Assembly (NCBI GenBank): GCA_024137785.1
Contig: JAHRHZ010000021.1
Coordinates: 22,702,212-22,766,211, forward strand
Direction of reading: 5' to 3'
Origin: Ginglymostoma cirratum
Taxonomy: Eukaryota
Length of the DNA stretch: 64,000 nucleotides
Shown one piece after another: positions 23,851 through 37,900 of this stretch (positions are counted from its first letter, which is position 1; each line of letters opens with the position of its first letter). Position numbers and translations under genes: made by a program. A model generated the notes under the pieces. That model saw nothing but the letters and a program-made list of their open reading frames with translations. It was not told the DNA's origin and ran no database searches.

Positions 23851-25392
23851 AACAATAATTAAACCTGTGGTTGGGTTATGAAGTATGTGCTTATAATCGG
23901 TAACTCTGTTAAAAAAATGGCTAAAGATTGGTGCTAATTTTATCCTTTACAAACTGCCTTTCTGAATTAGAACACTTTTCATAATCAAATACCTTCGTTC
24001 ACTGTTGAAACTATTCATCAATAGTTATTATGACACGTTGAAAATAAAAATATTCATTCAATTTTCATCAAAGAAGGCAACTTTGTTATCATAATATAAA
24101 ATAATGAAGTGAAGAAGTGCATGCAGCATGAATGATGTGAACATACTTTTGTGTTTTCTATCCATTTGCAGTGTTTTCTTTTCGCTTAAACAGTGTTTGC
24201 TGGTCATCAGGGGAATAGTGTCATGCCTCACTCGGGTAGCTCACTGGAAATCAAACCCTGTTATTGCTGGACCCATCACAAAAGCTAAAGATTCTGTGAA
24301 AGTATGCAAAGTTCCCCAATCTTGCAGCAATGTTTCCCTCTTAGTAGTATAAGTTCCGTGAAGTGTCAATTTGCATGCGTAATGACCCTGATCCCTGAAA
24401 CAGACTGAAATCAAGGCTAAATTTAAAGTGTGATGAATTTCTAACCTGCCAATACTTTGCTCACAAAAGAAAAAACAAAATAAGTCCAGAAATGAAACAA
24501 CATTTAAAAACAGATACAAGCTGTTGCCAAATGAACGTATGAGAAGGTGATAGTAATAGTTCCTCTTGTAAAGTTCAATTCTGTTTGTACTGAGAGGCTG
24601 CGCAAATGCCACAAGTGATTGCAAAAGTTCTGGTTTAGCAAAGGACATATTGTCCAAGATTCCTTCTCCTGAGTGCCATGCAATGCATCCTGCTGGAGAA
24701 GTCTGTGTGTGAGAACCACGGATATGGACATCTTTAGGACCCAGCCTGTCATGTCCTTCATGGTGAAGCACATGCTAACACACTGACAGTCACGAATTAG
24801 ACTCAGAAATTAAAAATAGATACTTGTACAGAATACTATGTTGCACCAAGAGTCATTGGAACTGTAAACCAACATATAATGCAGTTGAGTCTGTAAGAGA
24901 AACATGACAAACTAAACAATGAAAACAATCTATTAATATTAGCCACACCAATGAAAGCTGGAGTAGGGACCGTTGGCCTAATACAAATTTCATCCTTCAT
25001 GCATCCATATGATGCCAGTTTTCTATATTTGTTTTCTAGTCCTTCTGAAGATAGTCTTTACTGATTTCATCTATAAATCTTGTCCCATTTCTCCACACTT
25101 AATGCCATTCTATAACATCATAAATTTGCAAATATGTCAAAAATCACATTAACACTTATAAACTTGTGCAAATAACATTGTGATTACAGACTCTTACTGT
25201 TTAATAATGAGATTTGACAATTTATTTTGTGAGGCACAATCCATAATTCTTGATAATCCAAATTGCATTGTACTAAAGCAGTCATCAGTAGATATCAGGA
25301 CAAAAACTTACATTTTTATTGTTATGATTGATGTTCAAATAAATGCGATGTCTTTTGGTGCCATTAACTCAGACTTCAGTTTTCTTTTGCAG

Positions 25393-25528
25393 GCTGGAAG
25401 AAGCATTCATTTTGACATATTTTTCAGTGATTCATCCCATAATGATTGCTGTGTGCTGTTTTTTAATAATAGTTGGAATGTTAGGCTGCTGTGGAACAAT
25501 AAAGGGAAATCCATTGCTGCTTGCTTGG
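25393..25528 (+). CDS. TSPAN12: Tetraspanin-12, coding exon 3 (136 nt)
   Basis: ttttgcag|G CTG...TGG|gtatgt; [45 protein letters not shown]; phase matches the previous exon. Confidence 0.98.
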
Positions 25529-27089
25529 GTATGTATGTTTTTAACTTAGCTAAGTGAATATTCGAATGGCTTATGTCTTAAAATATTGGACTGAATTTTC
25601 CTGACTCCTGTGATGACCTTGGAGGTGAGGGGACTGGGAGCTGTGACTCCCCTGCTGTGTTCCTGGATGGCTTGGGGAAGTGGAGTGACTCTGCTCCACA
25701 GTGCAGCAACTACAAAAGACTCCCCCCTGTGCCACAGGTGGTTCCACTAGAGGCACCTTTGGGAAGATTGCAATGCCAGACTCAATCACAACAGATGCAG
25801 GCCTGAAATCTCTTCATTGGAGTCCTGAAGCCCAGGGGAAAATTCAACCCATTATCTTCATCATTAGAATTTGATACAGCGCTTGTGTGAATGTAAGGTC
25901 CCAGATTTTGCTGGAGGCTGGCAAACTGTGGCATGTCCAGTTAATTAGACTTGCTTTTTTTTTTGGTTAGGGTTTTAAACACTTGCCACAAATATGCTAG
26001 AACTTGTGAATTGATAATGGCGCATCGAGTGCAAGAGGGCATCTGAAATTTTAGTGAACAGGACAGAACATCATATCTTCATAACCTATACAAGGGAAAA
26101 TAAGAGCAAAAATAACTAAACAAGTTAAAAATAACAAAAACTGAGTTTGATCTAATTTTAAAGATCAGCAACTATTCCCTAACTGAAGGAACAGCACGCT
26201 ACATTACTTTCTGGACAAAAGAACTTGATTTGAAGTTCTTTAAAAATGATCATACAGGGAAGAAGGAATGCATGTCATTTGTCAACCAACTTGTGGTGAT
26301 TTGCAATTCATGGGATACTTGTTCCTCACCCCAGATTGCTGGACATTTTGCATGTGAATAACACATGCGTTGATCGGATTCCATAAAATCTGCCCCAATT
26401 TTTTTTAGTTTAACAGATCTAAACATATTTTCCTTTGCATATTAATATTCTTTATTCACATTGATCAGGATTTAAGAGCAGCAAATGCTGATTTACCTAT
26501 GAAACTAATACTGAGTCATGTGTGTATTGCAAGAGATGGAAGAATTCCTGACTCATTGCAAAGCAAATAGTTCACAGATTGTTGGACTTTTTTTTCTGCA
26601 CCATCTTCGTGACTGGAATATTTCAGCTTTGGCTTGGTGACCAAAATAGAATACAGTAGGTTATGTTTCGCAAGTATTTACAGTAGGGTCTGTACATTAG
26701 CATGATTTTATATTCAGCTGACTGAACAAAATAACAATACATTCTCTTTGTTTTCTTTCCTGACACTGTGCAGTTAAGCCGCAAATCCACCTCAGATCTC
26801 TTCCCACTTCACATTTAGGTATTTTTGCATTATTCATGTAATACTTCATTTCCCATGAATCTGCTAACTTCCTGAGTTTGGGAGTTATACTTAAGAGTCC
26901 AGGCAACAGGATGTAAGTCTGCTGTGCCTTTTCTCAGTTGTTTACAATCCTCGAGTGTGTAAACTCCTTCGAATTATTATTTGTTCTGTATTGGAATACT
27001 TGAGAAAGAGGAATGAATAAGTCTCAGTTTAAAGAAAAATAAAGTTGTGACAAAACTGAGCTGAGGGAAATCTATCTGTAAGTTAATCA

Positions 27090-27191
27090 GAAACAAGAAC
27101 AGAAATTGCTGGAAAAGCTGAATGGGTCTGGTGGCATTTGTGAAGAGAAATCGGAGTTAATGTTTCGGGTCTGGTGACCCTTCCTCAGAAA
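27090..27191 (-). mobile_element. Older Penelope pLTR fragment with hammerhead-like core
   Basis: Minus strand: CUGAGGA-A-GGGUC-ACCA-GACCC-GAAA-CAUUA, followed by a tail related to the young copies. Confidence 0.7.
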
Positions 27192-29865
27192 GTTCGCTTG
27201 CTAATCTTAGTATGAGATAAAACTAATCAATAGTACAATTTTCCAGATAATTGAATAATGCAAAAATTGTAAGATTTACCAAAGTGAACAACACGTACTA
27301 GAAAAGCTGCTGACCATTTGGCCAGGATTTCACAGGTTCTCAGGAGAATCACAAACTCAATCGAGCTGTGTTAGTTTGTCTCCCTGACTGGTTGCACTAT
27401 TTGACATTTAACAAATGGTAGGACGAGATGCGGACAGACAGCCGCCCCAAGGAGTTAGGCGGCAGATTCACATATGTAAAGGCACTATTAAAGACCATTT
27501 TTAAATTTTGATTGGCATTTGACTAGTGATATGCTGACATCCCTCTACATGGTGAGTCTGCCAGCTCAGGTGGCGGCTTAATGATGCCAACAAGGATAAT
27601 CATATGAGTCAAATAGGAGACTGTGGGCAAGGAAGGCAGCAACTGCAGGCCCAAAGCCCTTCCTGGAAGGGCTTCCTGTCTAATCATTGGCCCTGTGAAT
27701 TCTCTTTTGTTTCAACTTTTTCTTAACGTATCTGCTGTCGGTCTGGTGTTTTCTGCACTCCTCAGTAGGGACCACCTCTCCAATGCCTCTGTAGAGCCCT
27801 TAGAGCCAATGGTCATATGATCAGGCTAGTTGCTTGTCGAGCTCATCCACAATCTTTAATTGAATGACAGGCCACTAGGTGCCCAATTAGGAGGCTGCCT
27901 GTAGTAAAATTGCTGAGATATTGCTGTCTGAAAAGTGTCAGCTTAAAACTGCTTTTTATCCCAACATCAGGGTCCAGACACCCCTTGTAAAAGACAGCCT
28001 TTTGTGTGAATTGTTTCTGTCAGTCCTAGAATCATTTTGGCTCTATGGTTCTATCATTTATGTGGAGAAAGCTAATATATGTGTATTAAGTATTATTTCA
28101 AACCATGACTTCAAAATTGTTAGTTACAGGTTCCAAATGGTAATAAGTTATGGCACTAAGAGACCTAGAAAAGTATGTACACTTCTGGTCAACAATGAGG
28201 TATTTTGATTCATCAGTGTACATAAGGTTTCACTGACACTTCGTCTTCTATGACTAAGCTTCACAACAGTTTATCCATGAAGATCTGTGCCTCCTAGACC
28301 TTGGTATTTTATGTTAGCAGGCACTACTGTCACAGATTTCTACCACAGCAAGTTGTCTGCTAGCATTGAAACAGTTGATAATCCAGAATCTGTTTTCTCA
28401 CTCTTCAGTTTACTCTGGGAATGTTGTCTTCCTTTTATTCTGTACCTTTAACTTCTTGACCATTTTCCTAGTTCCATGATTTCTATTTTTCTGTAAATTT
28501 TCTTTTTGCAGGTCCTGTTTTGTTATTTTTAACGTGAAGGTGTTTGCTTACAATACCTTTAAAAAATGTTCCAACTTGCCACTCTCAACACACAACTTGG
28601 ACATTCATTGCACTATGTTACAGTTTGCAGCCACATATTATACAACATAATACGGTTGAATATGTGATTCCTGCTCTTTTAGCATTTAGTTGGGGCTTTT
28701 AGGGGGGTGATGTCACCTTGAGACCTATCATTGACTATGTCAAGAATTTGTGATGTTTTCTTGCAGTGCTGCCCAATTTTGGGCAATGGTCCCTGACGTG
28801 TAGTGATCAAACCTAGTTTGATTTCTTTCTAAGTGAGAAGATCTGATACATATAAGTTGCTGTGTAGCTTAAATTCTGGAGCTCAGTTGTTTGTACATTT
28901 TTAGATTTTGCTGACGGTCTGTTAGTGTACTAAATAAATTTTAAAATGATATAAAACGTCATATTGAGATAACTTGCATATATCCAACTTGTCTGCTGTT
29001 TTGATACGGTTTAGTTTATAACAGATGTGTTTTGGGTAGACAGAGTTTTAAGCTCAAACTAAATTCCTTTTGCATGCAACTTCAAAATTTAATGTGCTTA
29101 AAAAGAACTACCTTCTCTTCAACTGATACACGTTTCTAAATGTGGAAATTATGGGCCCAAAAATCTGAGACTTCTGAGAGTATATGTGATATTTTTTCTG
29201 GTATACGAGACTGGAATTCAGTGCATAAATAACAGTGATAAGCTTGTTCAAAATAGTTAAATTCTGGTACATGTGACTAACATAAGAAGTGCCCACCTCT
29301 GCAGAATGATGCATTGTTGCTAATGACAGGATATTGAGGGCAAAAGCTGCTGCCACCGAAATTGTTGGTGGCATAGTACAGCTTGTACCTCTCTAAACTG
29401 GCAACCTTAGGGCCGGCCTTCACCAGATGGACAGTTTGCTGACCAAAATGGTCATGTGTCAGTGCCGGTATTTTAAAAGTACCGTGCAACTTAAAATGAG
29501 AGAATTATATATGTATTCTCATTTGCTGCCAGTACCTTTCCAGCTGCTGTCAGTGATGCAGTGTTTGTGCTGCTAATGATCATTCTCCTTTGTGAGTGCA
29601 GACTGGACAGAAGGACTGCAGGTGCCAGACCTCAGAGGTCTCTGGACAAGGATGTGTCGGATTAGGGAGATACAACCTGTAGTTGCCATCTCTGGAGTTG
29701 AGAGCCCAATTCTGTTGGAAATTGCTGCCAATTGTAAAGCTAAAATTCAGAATGCTTGTATTTAATCGTTTTTGGTTTGTTTTATCTGATTTTGGATTAC
29801 AAGAAGAAGTCAATGTTTCGGGTATTACCCTTCTTCAGGACTGGAAAAAGCAACCTGAGGATGTT

Positions 29866-29965
29866 GTGGCACAGTGGTAGTGTCCCTACCTCTGAACCAA
29901 GAGACCCAGGATCAAATCCAACCTGCTCCAGATGTGTCTCATAACAATTCTGAACAGGTCGATTT
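29866..29965 (+). mobile_element. Short tRNA-derived SINE
   Basis: A box-like tggcacagtgg and B box-like ggatcaaatcc; homologous to 23745-23850. Confidence 0.6.
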
Positions 29966-30121
29966 AGGAAAAGTACATAACAAAAATCTTTGTAATTAAC
30001 AGTCACAGAAAATTTGATATATTGTTTAATACCTTTTCCATCTGTGTGACTCAGCTATTTGTCAAATTCATTCAGCCACAGTATTTGTGACGCAAAACAA
30101 ATCCATGTTGTAATTTTGCAG

Positions 30122-30196
30122 TACTTTGGTATCCTGCTTGTAATATTCTGTGTGGAACTAGCCTGTGGAGTATGGAGCTATGATCAAGATAATTTG
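30122..30196 (+). CDS. TSPAN12: Tetraspanin-12, coding exon 4 (75 nt)
   Basis: ttttgcag|TAC...TTG|gtgagt; [25 protein letters not shown] (TM3). Confidence 0.98.
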
Positions 30197-30399
30197 GTGA
30201 GTACCAATTAAATGTTTTAAAATGAAATTTATATTGATGACTTGCATTTTAATAGAACATTTTGTACTTTTCTTCATCTAACAAAGTTTTTTCTTCAGGG
30301 ACCCCATGGCCCGTATTACACAATTTATAGTCGCGTACATTTTATTCTGTGTTGCACACTATTTTTGCATCAGTGCTGAGGGGTATGCATACATTTTCA

Positions 30400-30850
30400 G
30401 GAAAGGGTTTCAAGAATTTGAGAGGAAATTTGCAGCAAAGTATAGTTTAGAAGTATGAAAGTTGATCTTATTGAAATACGTAGGATGCTGAGGGAGTTTG
30501 ACAAAGTAGATGCTAAGAGAATGTTTCCCCTCATCAGGGAATTTAAAACTAGGGGCATAGTTTCAACATAACGAGTTTCTTATTTAAGTTGAAGAATGGG
30601 AGGATTTTTTTTTCCTTAAGAGGGTCATTAATCTTTGGGGTTGTCAACCCAAGGGAATGGTGGAAGCTGGCCTATTGAATCCAATCAAGGCTGAGTTAGA
30701 CAGATTTTTGATCAATAATGGAGTTGAACATTTTGTGGAGCAGGCAGGAAATTAGAGTTAAGGTCCACAATCAGCTCAGTCATTTTCTTATTGAATGGCA
30801 CAACAGACGTGAGATACCAAATGATCAACCCATGCTCCTATTTCCTATAT
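30400..30850 (+). mobile_element. CR1 LINE 3' fragment, degraded
   Basis: gatcttattgaaatacgtaggatgctgaggg...gacaaagtagatgc...aaaactaggggcatagt, typical CR1 ORF2 end and 3' UTR. Confidence 0.7.
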
Positions 30851-31947
30851 TCTTATCATGTACTTTCAATTCATACAGAAACTTTGGAAATATTTTGCGT
30901 TTTCTTTTTCATTGCTTTCATTCTATAACATTTCTCACTCAGTCTTTTAAATCCGTTTTCAGTACTTTTAAGTTCCAGAATCAACAGCTAAGAAAAAGCT
31001 TTAACAATTAAATTATACATTGAAATGATTACCAGATAAAATGGTCCTGCATCTTTTTACAAATGAACTACATTTCAAGAAACAGATGCAATCTTTATAT
31101 AAACTGCCTTTGTTGCCTTCGTCACTTTGCATTTCCCCTTCTGCTTCTGTCTGTTCTTCTTAGCTCTTCAGTTTCTCTTCCTAAACACATTTATTTCTCT
31201 TTTCTTCTTCTTTTGTTCTTTTCTTTTTCAGTTGGGAGGTGGTATTCGAATGGCAGGTCGGGAACTGATGGTCATAGGTTCTGTTTCTGGTCGTGGTTAG
31301 GATGAAAATGTGAACACTAGACCTCCTTTCTAATTATCACACTCTATCACTTGTACTTCCTCCTATCCTTTGAAATTTTTTTGTGATTCTCCATATTTCT
31401 TTGTCTTTGTATGACCTACTTAACCCACAATCCTCATCATTCTACTATCAATCACTCTCGCCTTAATTCTATCCACTGCGAACTGTTTCTGACTTCTTGC
31501 ATCATGAGAGGCTACAGGTCCCTTCAATTATCTTCCTTCCATTTGTCCTATCCAATTTACTAAAGCTGGCTTTATTTACTTTCCTATTTTAGCAAACGTT
31601 AAAAAGAATTCAGGTTAGAAATACACTGGAGGACAATTTTGAGCAGTGCTATTTGGATGACAACCTGACAGAGGAAGTCATCTGGCCATTGTATAATTCC
31701 CTCAAATTGCTAAAATAAGGTATAATCAAAAAAATGTAATGCTTCATCTTGAGGCAGTGAGGTTAAAATTACACATTATCTACTTGCTTTCCCTTATTTC
31801 TCTGCATGTCTTTCTCCTTTAGTCTTTTAGTCTCTGTCTGTCTCCTAGTTTCATCAGTGGCAATAATAAGAAATTAAATTAGAGACTTTGTTTTTTTTTT
31901 GCTGTAGAATTTGACTCCTGCATGTTGTTTTTGGGGCGGGGGTGCAA

Positions 31948-31948
<1 letters not shown>

Positions 31949-31972
<24 letters not shown>
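31949..31972 (+). repeat. (GA)12 microsatellite
   Basis: Direct reading. Confidence 0.95.
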
Positions 31973-31980
<8 letters not shown>

Positions 31981-34900
31981 TTATTGTCTTAAGTTTTCCA
32001 TTGACATTTTCAATTTCCTGTTCTAACTTTGGTGGATCATCCATGAAATTTCTGGAGAAATAGCCTGAACATCCATTTACACAACTTCTCTAGAGATCAA
32101 TGATCCATTATCAAGTAGCGTTAGTATTAGAGATGATGGGGAGTTCCACTTGATCATCAGCGGAGCCAGGCCAAACATATAAAGAAAGATTAGCAAGAGA
32201 TGGTATTGGTTATCTAGATACAAATGCAGAAAATGTGAATGTGGAGTTCCCACAGAATCTTTGGACACTTGGTACAAAAAACATGGATTCCATCCCAAAT
32301 TACAGAGACTACATCATGGTGTAGAATCTGAATGGGTAGCCAGTAATTGTACAGGTTTAAAAGGGACACAATCTGTATGACAGAAAATTGAAATAATATC
32401 ATGTCACACAAATTGCTCTAAAAAGGAGAACGAAGTGTTACAAAAACTTTCCATGAAGAGAAACTTGGCAACAAAATGTAATTGGGATGAATTCATAAGA
32501 ATCAGAATATCCTCAGATACACTCCTCATGTCTTTTGATCTAACGCCCAGGTAGGAGTTACCTTCTCCTTCGACACCAGCTTTTCCAGGTAAGGTTTATA
32601 TACAGTGGAAAGTGGGTTCAGATTTGTTTCAAATTGTTGCCCTCCTGGATATTATATTCTTGCCTTGTGCTCACCCCACCCCTCATTTTACGTTGAAACT
32701 TTGAGCCTTATGACAAATATGAATTGAAATAAGTGAGAATCCAGTTTCACATTGAAGTATATGAAACCTATCAAAATACAATGATTTAGTCATTGCACTA
32801 TGAGATAACTAAAAGCTGTTTTGCTGCAAGCATGTTCACTATTGTTTATGCCCTCCATTTTTAATAACTCAATAAAAAAATCTGTTCATTCTGATCTTAG
32901 AACAAATTAATGCCGTTGATATTAAATGTGAACTCCTCCGCAAAAAAAATCACCATTTTGTTTCAAATGATTTGTGAGATTCAAAATGAAAAAATCATGT
33001 GCATACATAGAAATGGTCGAATAAGATATTCCAGAATAGCACAAAGCCATTTTATCACAACAACCTGTCACTTTATTGGAACAGTTCATCAGATTATCGA
33101 TACAGTGAAATACAAAATGTTACACACTGCAGAATAACTGCTACAAACATTTAACATTTAATATCAAAGCATACAGGTACTGTTTGTTGAGATTCAATAA
33201 CTTGATTTTGTAGTGGTAGCTGTAAGGAAATTGGAATGTCAACCTGCTTTATATGACAAATTATAGTGGATAATAGTTTTACTTCTTGTTTAAAAACATT
33301 TATCATTCTTCTTCAAACATAACTGTTCATTATATGTTGAAACAAAACAAAAGGAGAAGAAGTGTATTACAAACGGCACAATCACTAGTTTTGCTAACAT
33401 ACTACAATTTGGATATAGGCAGCTAAAATAGCAGCTGAAAACATTAGAATGGAAGCCTGGTGGCCCCCCATTGACGTAGGATATTTTAAAAGGCGGCAAC
33501 AGCAATGGTTCAGTTGCCTGCTAAGTAGAATTGAATGGCAGTTAGGGTAAATAGCTGTTTTTTTTTAATGGCCATATGAAGCCACCACAACAGCATTTTA
33601 CTGCCATTGGAATGGTCCCTCACTGCACAATATTCCAGCTGTATAAACGCAGCTTCCCAGGAAGTGGAGTCTGGAATTTCCATCTTTCCTTTGTTTCTGA
33701 GAACTTCATAGCCCACAAAATGGTCAAGCCCCAACAGTGACAATGGCCACCACTATCTCTTCAAAGCCATACTTTAAGCATTCACGCCCCCATCACCAAG
33801 GTCTGCCTGTCCTGGAATACCAAAAGAAAATTAACTCCAGCTCTTGAACAGAGCCTCAACATGGAGGCAGCCTCAGTAACATCTACCTCCATTGGTAGTG
33901 CTGCCAAAGCTGGGGAGGCTACCATCCCTTCGTATGAATCAACAAGTTTGAGAGGAAAGCTTCTTTATGGAATGGAATTCTTGGTAGCGGCTTCCTAATT
34001 AGCTGCCACTGATAATATCTCCACCATGGTTCCACTGTCCACCCAGATAGGCTAGGAATGTCCATTTGGACCTTGCAATAAGACTACTGCACATCAACAA
34101 ATGCCAGCTACGGATTTAATTTTTACGCTAGAGAACTTATTTAAATAGTTGTGAATTCCTAATAATTCAGCATTGAAAAGCTACATCTAATATTTAATGA
34201 TTATTACTTGATCTAAGTTCATTTACTCAGTGTTCCAATTTTTCTTCCACTATATTTCATTAGCTTGGGCAATTTGTGTGTTGTTTTAATTATTACCATG
34301 TGACACTCATCTGAGCAGTAATACAATTTTAAATGTCAATTGATTTTTTTGGATTATGAAATGTAAACTCAGATTCCTAAACTAGTGCAGAGCGTTTCTG
34401 ACCTCCATTAGTCTTGTGAACTTATCTTTTACTTTTGTATGGCTGCTTCTTTATTTCATCTGCTCAGGATTTGGCTATTGCTTCATGTGCATCCAGCAAA
34501 CAAAATTAGTTTGAATAACTTGATCATTTTATAAAGATTTGCAAGAGAGAACTTTTTTAAAAAAATTAAGCTTTATATAAAGCAGCAACCTTTTATCGAC
34601 CCAAATTGATCATTTGCAACATTTGAGGTTAAAGGTGGTTGTGGGGCTGACTGTTGTAACTTAAAGCCTCACAATGGGTGATACAGGTGGATTCAAATTG
34701 TTAATAATGTGAAAATCAAACCAGCCTGCCACAAAAACATTTTGCAGGACTCAGGAAAGTCAGCAACTGAAGGGTTTGAAGTGTTAGATGCAATGGTAAA
34801 TGCTTTCCAGCACTGCTCATGCATTTCTACTCTGCCAAATCTTTCTTCCCATCCCTCCTTCTCAAAATCCCCACCCACAAAGCTTCTGCTATGATCTTTC

Positions 34901-37900
34901 ATTGTCACCGCCATAATCACTGTCTTCTTCACAATTTTTCTCAACCTTCTTTCCTGCAACCCCTCTCACTCCACATTCCAGCCCCTTTCCTATAAACTCT
35001 CACTGTGATTGCAGCATTGTGATCTCTTCTATCTATTTCACCCTTCCCTAGATCTTTCACCCGACAGTTAGTTTGTCCTCCCATATTGCTCCCAACTATC
35101 TCTCAGTCCGTTATGCGCAAGTTTTCAGTGATTGCTGAGGAAGGTCCTCAGTTGTCCCAGTCTGCAGCTTTCAGTCACTGGCTTTCTATCCTGAGCAGTA
35201 AAAAGCCTCTCAATCCTGTGAGTTGCCATGTGAGGAATGGAGCAAAAAAATCTAATGAAGTTAAATTCAGGAAGGCCTCTACATTTCTGGAACTTCTGGG
35301 CTTCAACCCTGCAAATGTACACCAATTCCCTCCACACCTTTTGACTGTGTGAGACAGCTTAAAATAATAATAGAACTTTTCTAATTGAAAAATAACTTGG
35401 AGCAGCGATGTGATATTTTTGCAAGTCTTCATTGAGGACTACAGTTTAAAAATTCTGTGATTAAATGGACAATGCAAGTCTCTGCATTGGATTAGTGATG
35501 CCAAAAGGTAAGGCTTCCAAACGATGTGGACTTGTATGTTGAATCCTATTATCTAATTTGGTGTCTGTATGTATAATTGCCACAAATGAATTTACAACTC
35601 ATCAATTTGATGAGAACTGTGAATTAGCCAGATTCTGAAATTTAACCTCTGGCCTGAATTTGCCATAAGAGAGTAAGAGTTATTTAAGCAACTAGGATAA
35701 TGAAAGTTATATTTTTATTCCACAAACATTGTTACCTTGTACAAATAGAGTGAACTATTTAATCTTGGCCAATTTCCAACAGGTAACACACAAAATGAGA
35801 AAATTGCCTGCTATCTCAACTGTGTCCATAGTTGTTGCCTGGAATGATTTTCTACTTCCATGCATTCTTTAATGGAAATGTGAAAGTTTGCTTTTGTGTC
35901 TCTGAAAGCATTCATTTGAAACATTTTTACACCCTGAAGTTAATGAAAAAGCTATTTAGAAATGAAATGGTGACAGTGCAACAGGCATGCATATCCTTTG
36001 CTGCAAGCTTTCCAAGTCTACCATTTATTCTGTGACAGATCTGGGCAAGTATGTGTGTGACTCATAACTCTACCAAAATAGTGCCGGTGGATCAAATGTT
36101 GCAGCAATTTATTGCTGAGTTCATGGTTCAAATCTTATCCCAATTGATGGAACTGAAGTCTTTCATTTTTTTGACCCCAGAATGAATAGGCCAGGAATTA
36201 ATTTTTAAAAATCAGTTTGACAAACTCAGCCTATTCCTTATGCATATGAGTGCAAAGTGTGCAAAAATGAAATCAAGAATCTCATTGGCAGAGGGTAAAC
36301 TCAGAAAGGTTTGTGTGGGAAGTGGAATGATGCATATTGAAATAGCAGGATATGTTTTGCTCAGTTTGGGGTGAAGGCATTATTTAAAATTAACTTTAAT
36401 TCAGTGCAGGACCAGAGAAGTGCTACATTTTTCGTGCTTTAATCATTCAGATATTAAACCATCCGCTTGTTTCAGCTAGATTTAAAAATCCTCCTTCCTT
36501 GTTCATATGTAGACAGCATAGTTTTTCTGGTAATCCGACTAGTACTTAGTCATCAGCCAACATCAAATAAGATATCTGATTTTAACCTCACTCTCCTATC
36601 TGGAATGGATGAGGCCAGGGGTTAAAGATGGGGGAGGGCAGGGTTTTACAATGTTTCCAACCCATTTCTTCCACTCCAGCATAATTCAGGCAAGGGATGA
36701 CTGGTTACCTCAGAAGTGAGGTCAAAGGGGGTATGGGGGATGTATGTTTGTGATAAACTACATGGCAAAATTGTATCCTGATGATGTTATGATGCATAAC
36801 TGTTTTCACTGTAGGTTAAACATATCCTGCATGGTCTAAACCCACTAGTGAATGCTGGCTGCAGGCATGGTACTGACTAGAGAAGTGTCAGGTAACTTCT
36901 GAATCAGTGGATAAAATCACATGAGCGTAGTAAAGCAGGTTTTCATTTGTCTTTGGCATCCATCTGCTGTTCTGACAGGGATGAGTAGACTGCATTGTCT
37001 TTTGTTAACTCCACTATTTCACAGGGCACAATGCAATTTTAATTGTTTTACCTGGTTCCTGACATGGCCAATCATATGTGTATTATACTTAAATGAACAC
37101 AAAAGTAGATTTATTATAAAACAGAACTTCATCAAAGATGATGCAAACATGGTCGATGGACTTTGTTTGAGATATGCAAATATAAAGATTAACCACACTG
37201 AGTAACCACACACACACACAGTAAAGGGAATAATTCATATTCTCGATATAGAGATGCACACTTTCATTTTAGGAAAAACATATTTTGGTCAATAAGTCTT
37301 CTTTCTTGAAGATGAAAGAATAAGCTTTGAAATGTACAGATGGCTATTGGCCTGACGTTCTATGTAGGTGAGTGACACCAAATTTTGGCAGGTGTCTCTG
37401 GGATCTTGGCAGAAGCAGCTTGCTCAGGAAATACATTTTCAAGATTTCTTCAGTTGCTCTTCAAGAGGGCAGTCAGGTTTCACACACTCAATTCATTACA
37501 AAGGTGCTTCAGAAATAGAGACCCAGGCTAAATTACTTGTTCTCTGGTAGGCTTCCTCCAAATGAAAGTCTGAGTCTACTAGATGCTTTTCAAATGGAAC
37601 TGACTTAAAACTCAGTCAAAAAACAGGTGTTTTCCCAAAAGTGAGTTCAAGCAACCAAGATCAGCAATTATCTGGAACCAAGTAGTTTCCAAGAAATGCC
37701 TTGCTTTAAAAAAAGTTCCATAATGTGTCTTTTCATTTGAGCTAATAGAGAAAAAAAATTCCAGGTATTTATAATCATTTAAACTTAAGTGGCAAAAGTG
37801 ATTAAACATGAAATCATCACAACTCTGCACAACTTGGGAGTCAAAATTTACTCTGATGTTTTTTAATTGGTATTTGCTACAGTTTTTGTTTTACTTACAA

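Noticed and set aside
31130-31260. Long polypyrimidine tract plus CAG suggesting a cryptic exon
   Set aside because: Only weak downstream donors, no homology, and the CDS is complete without it.
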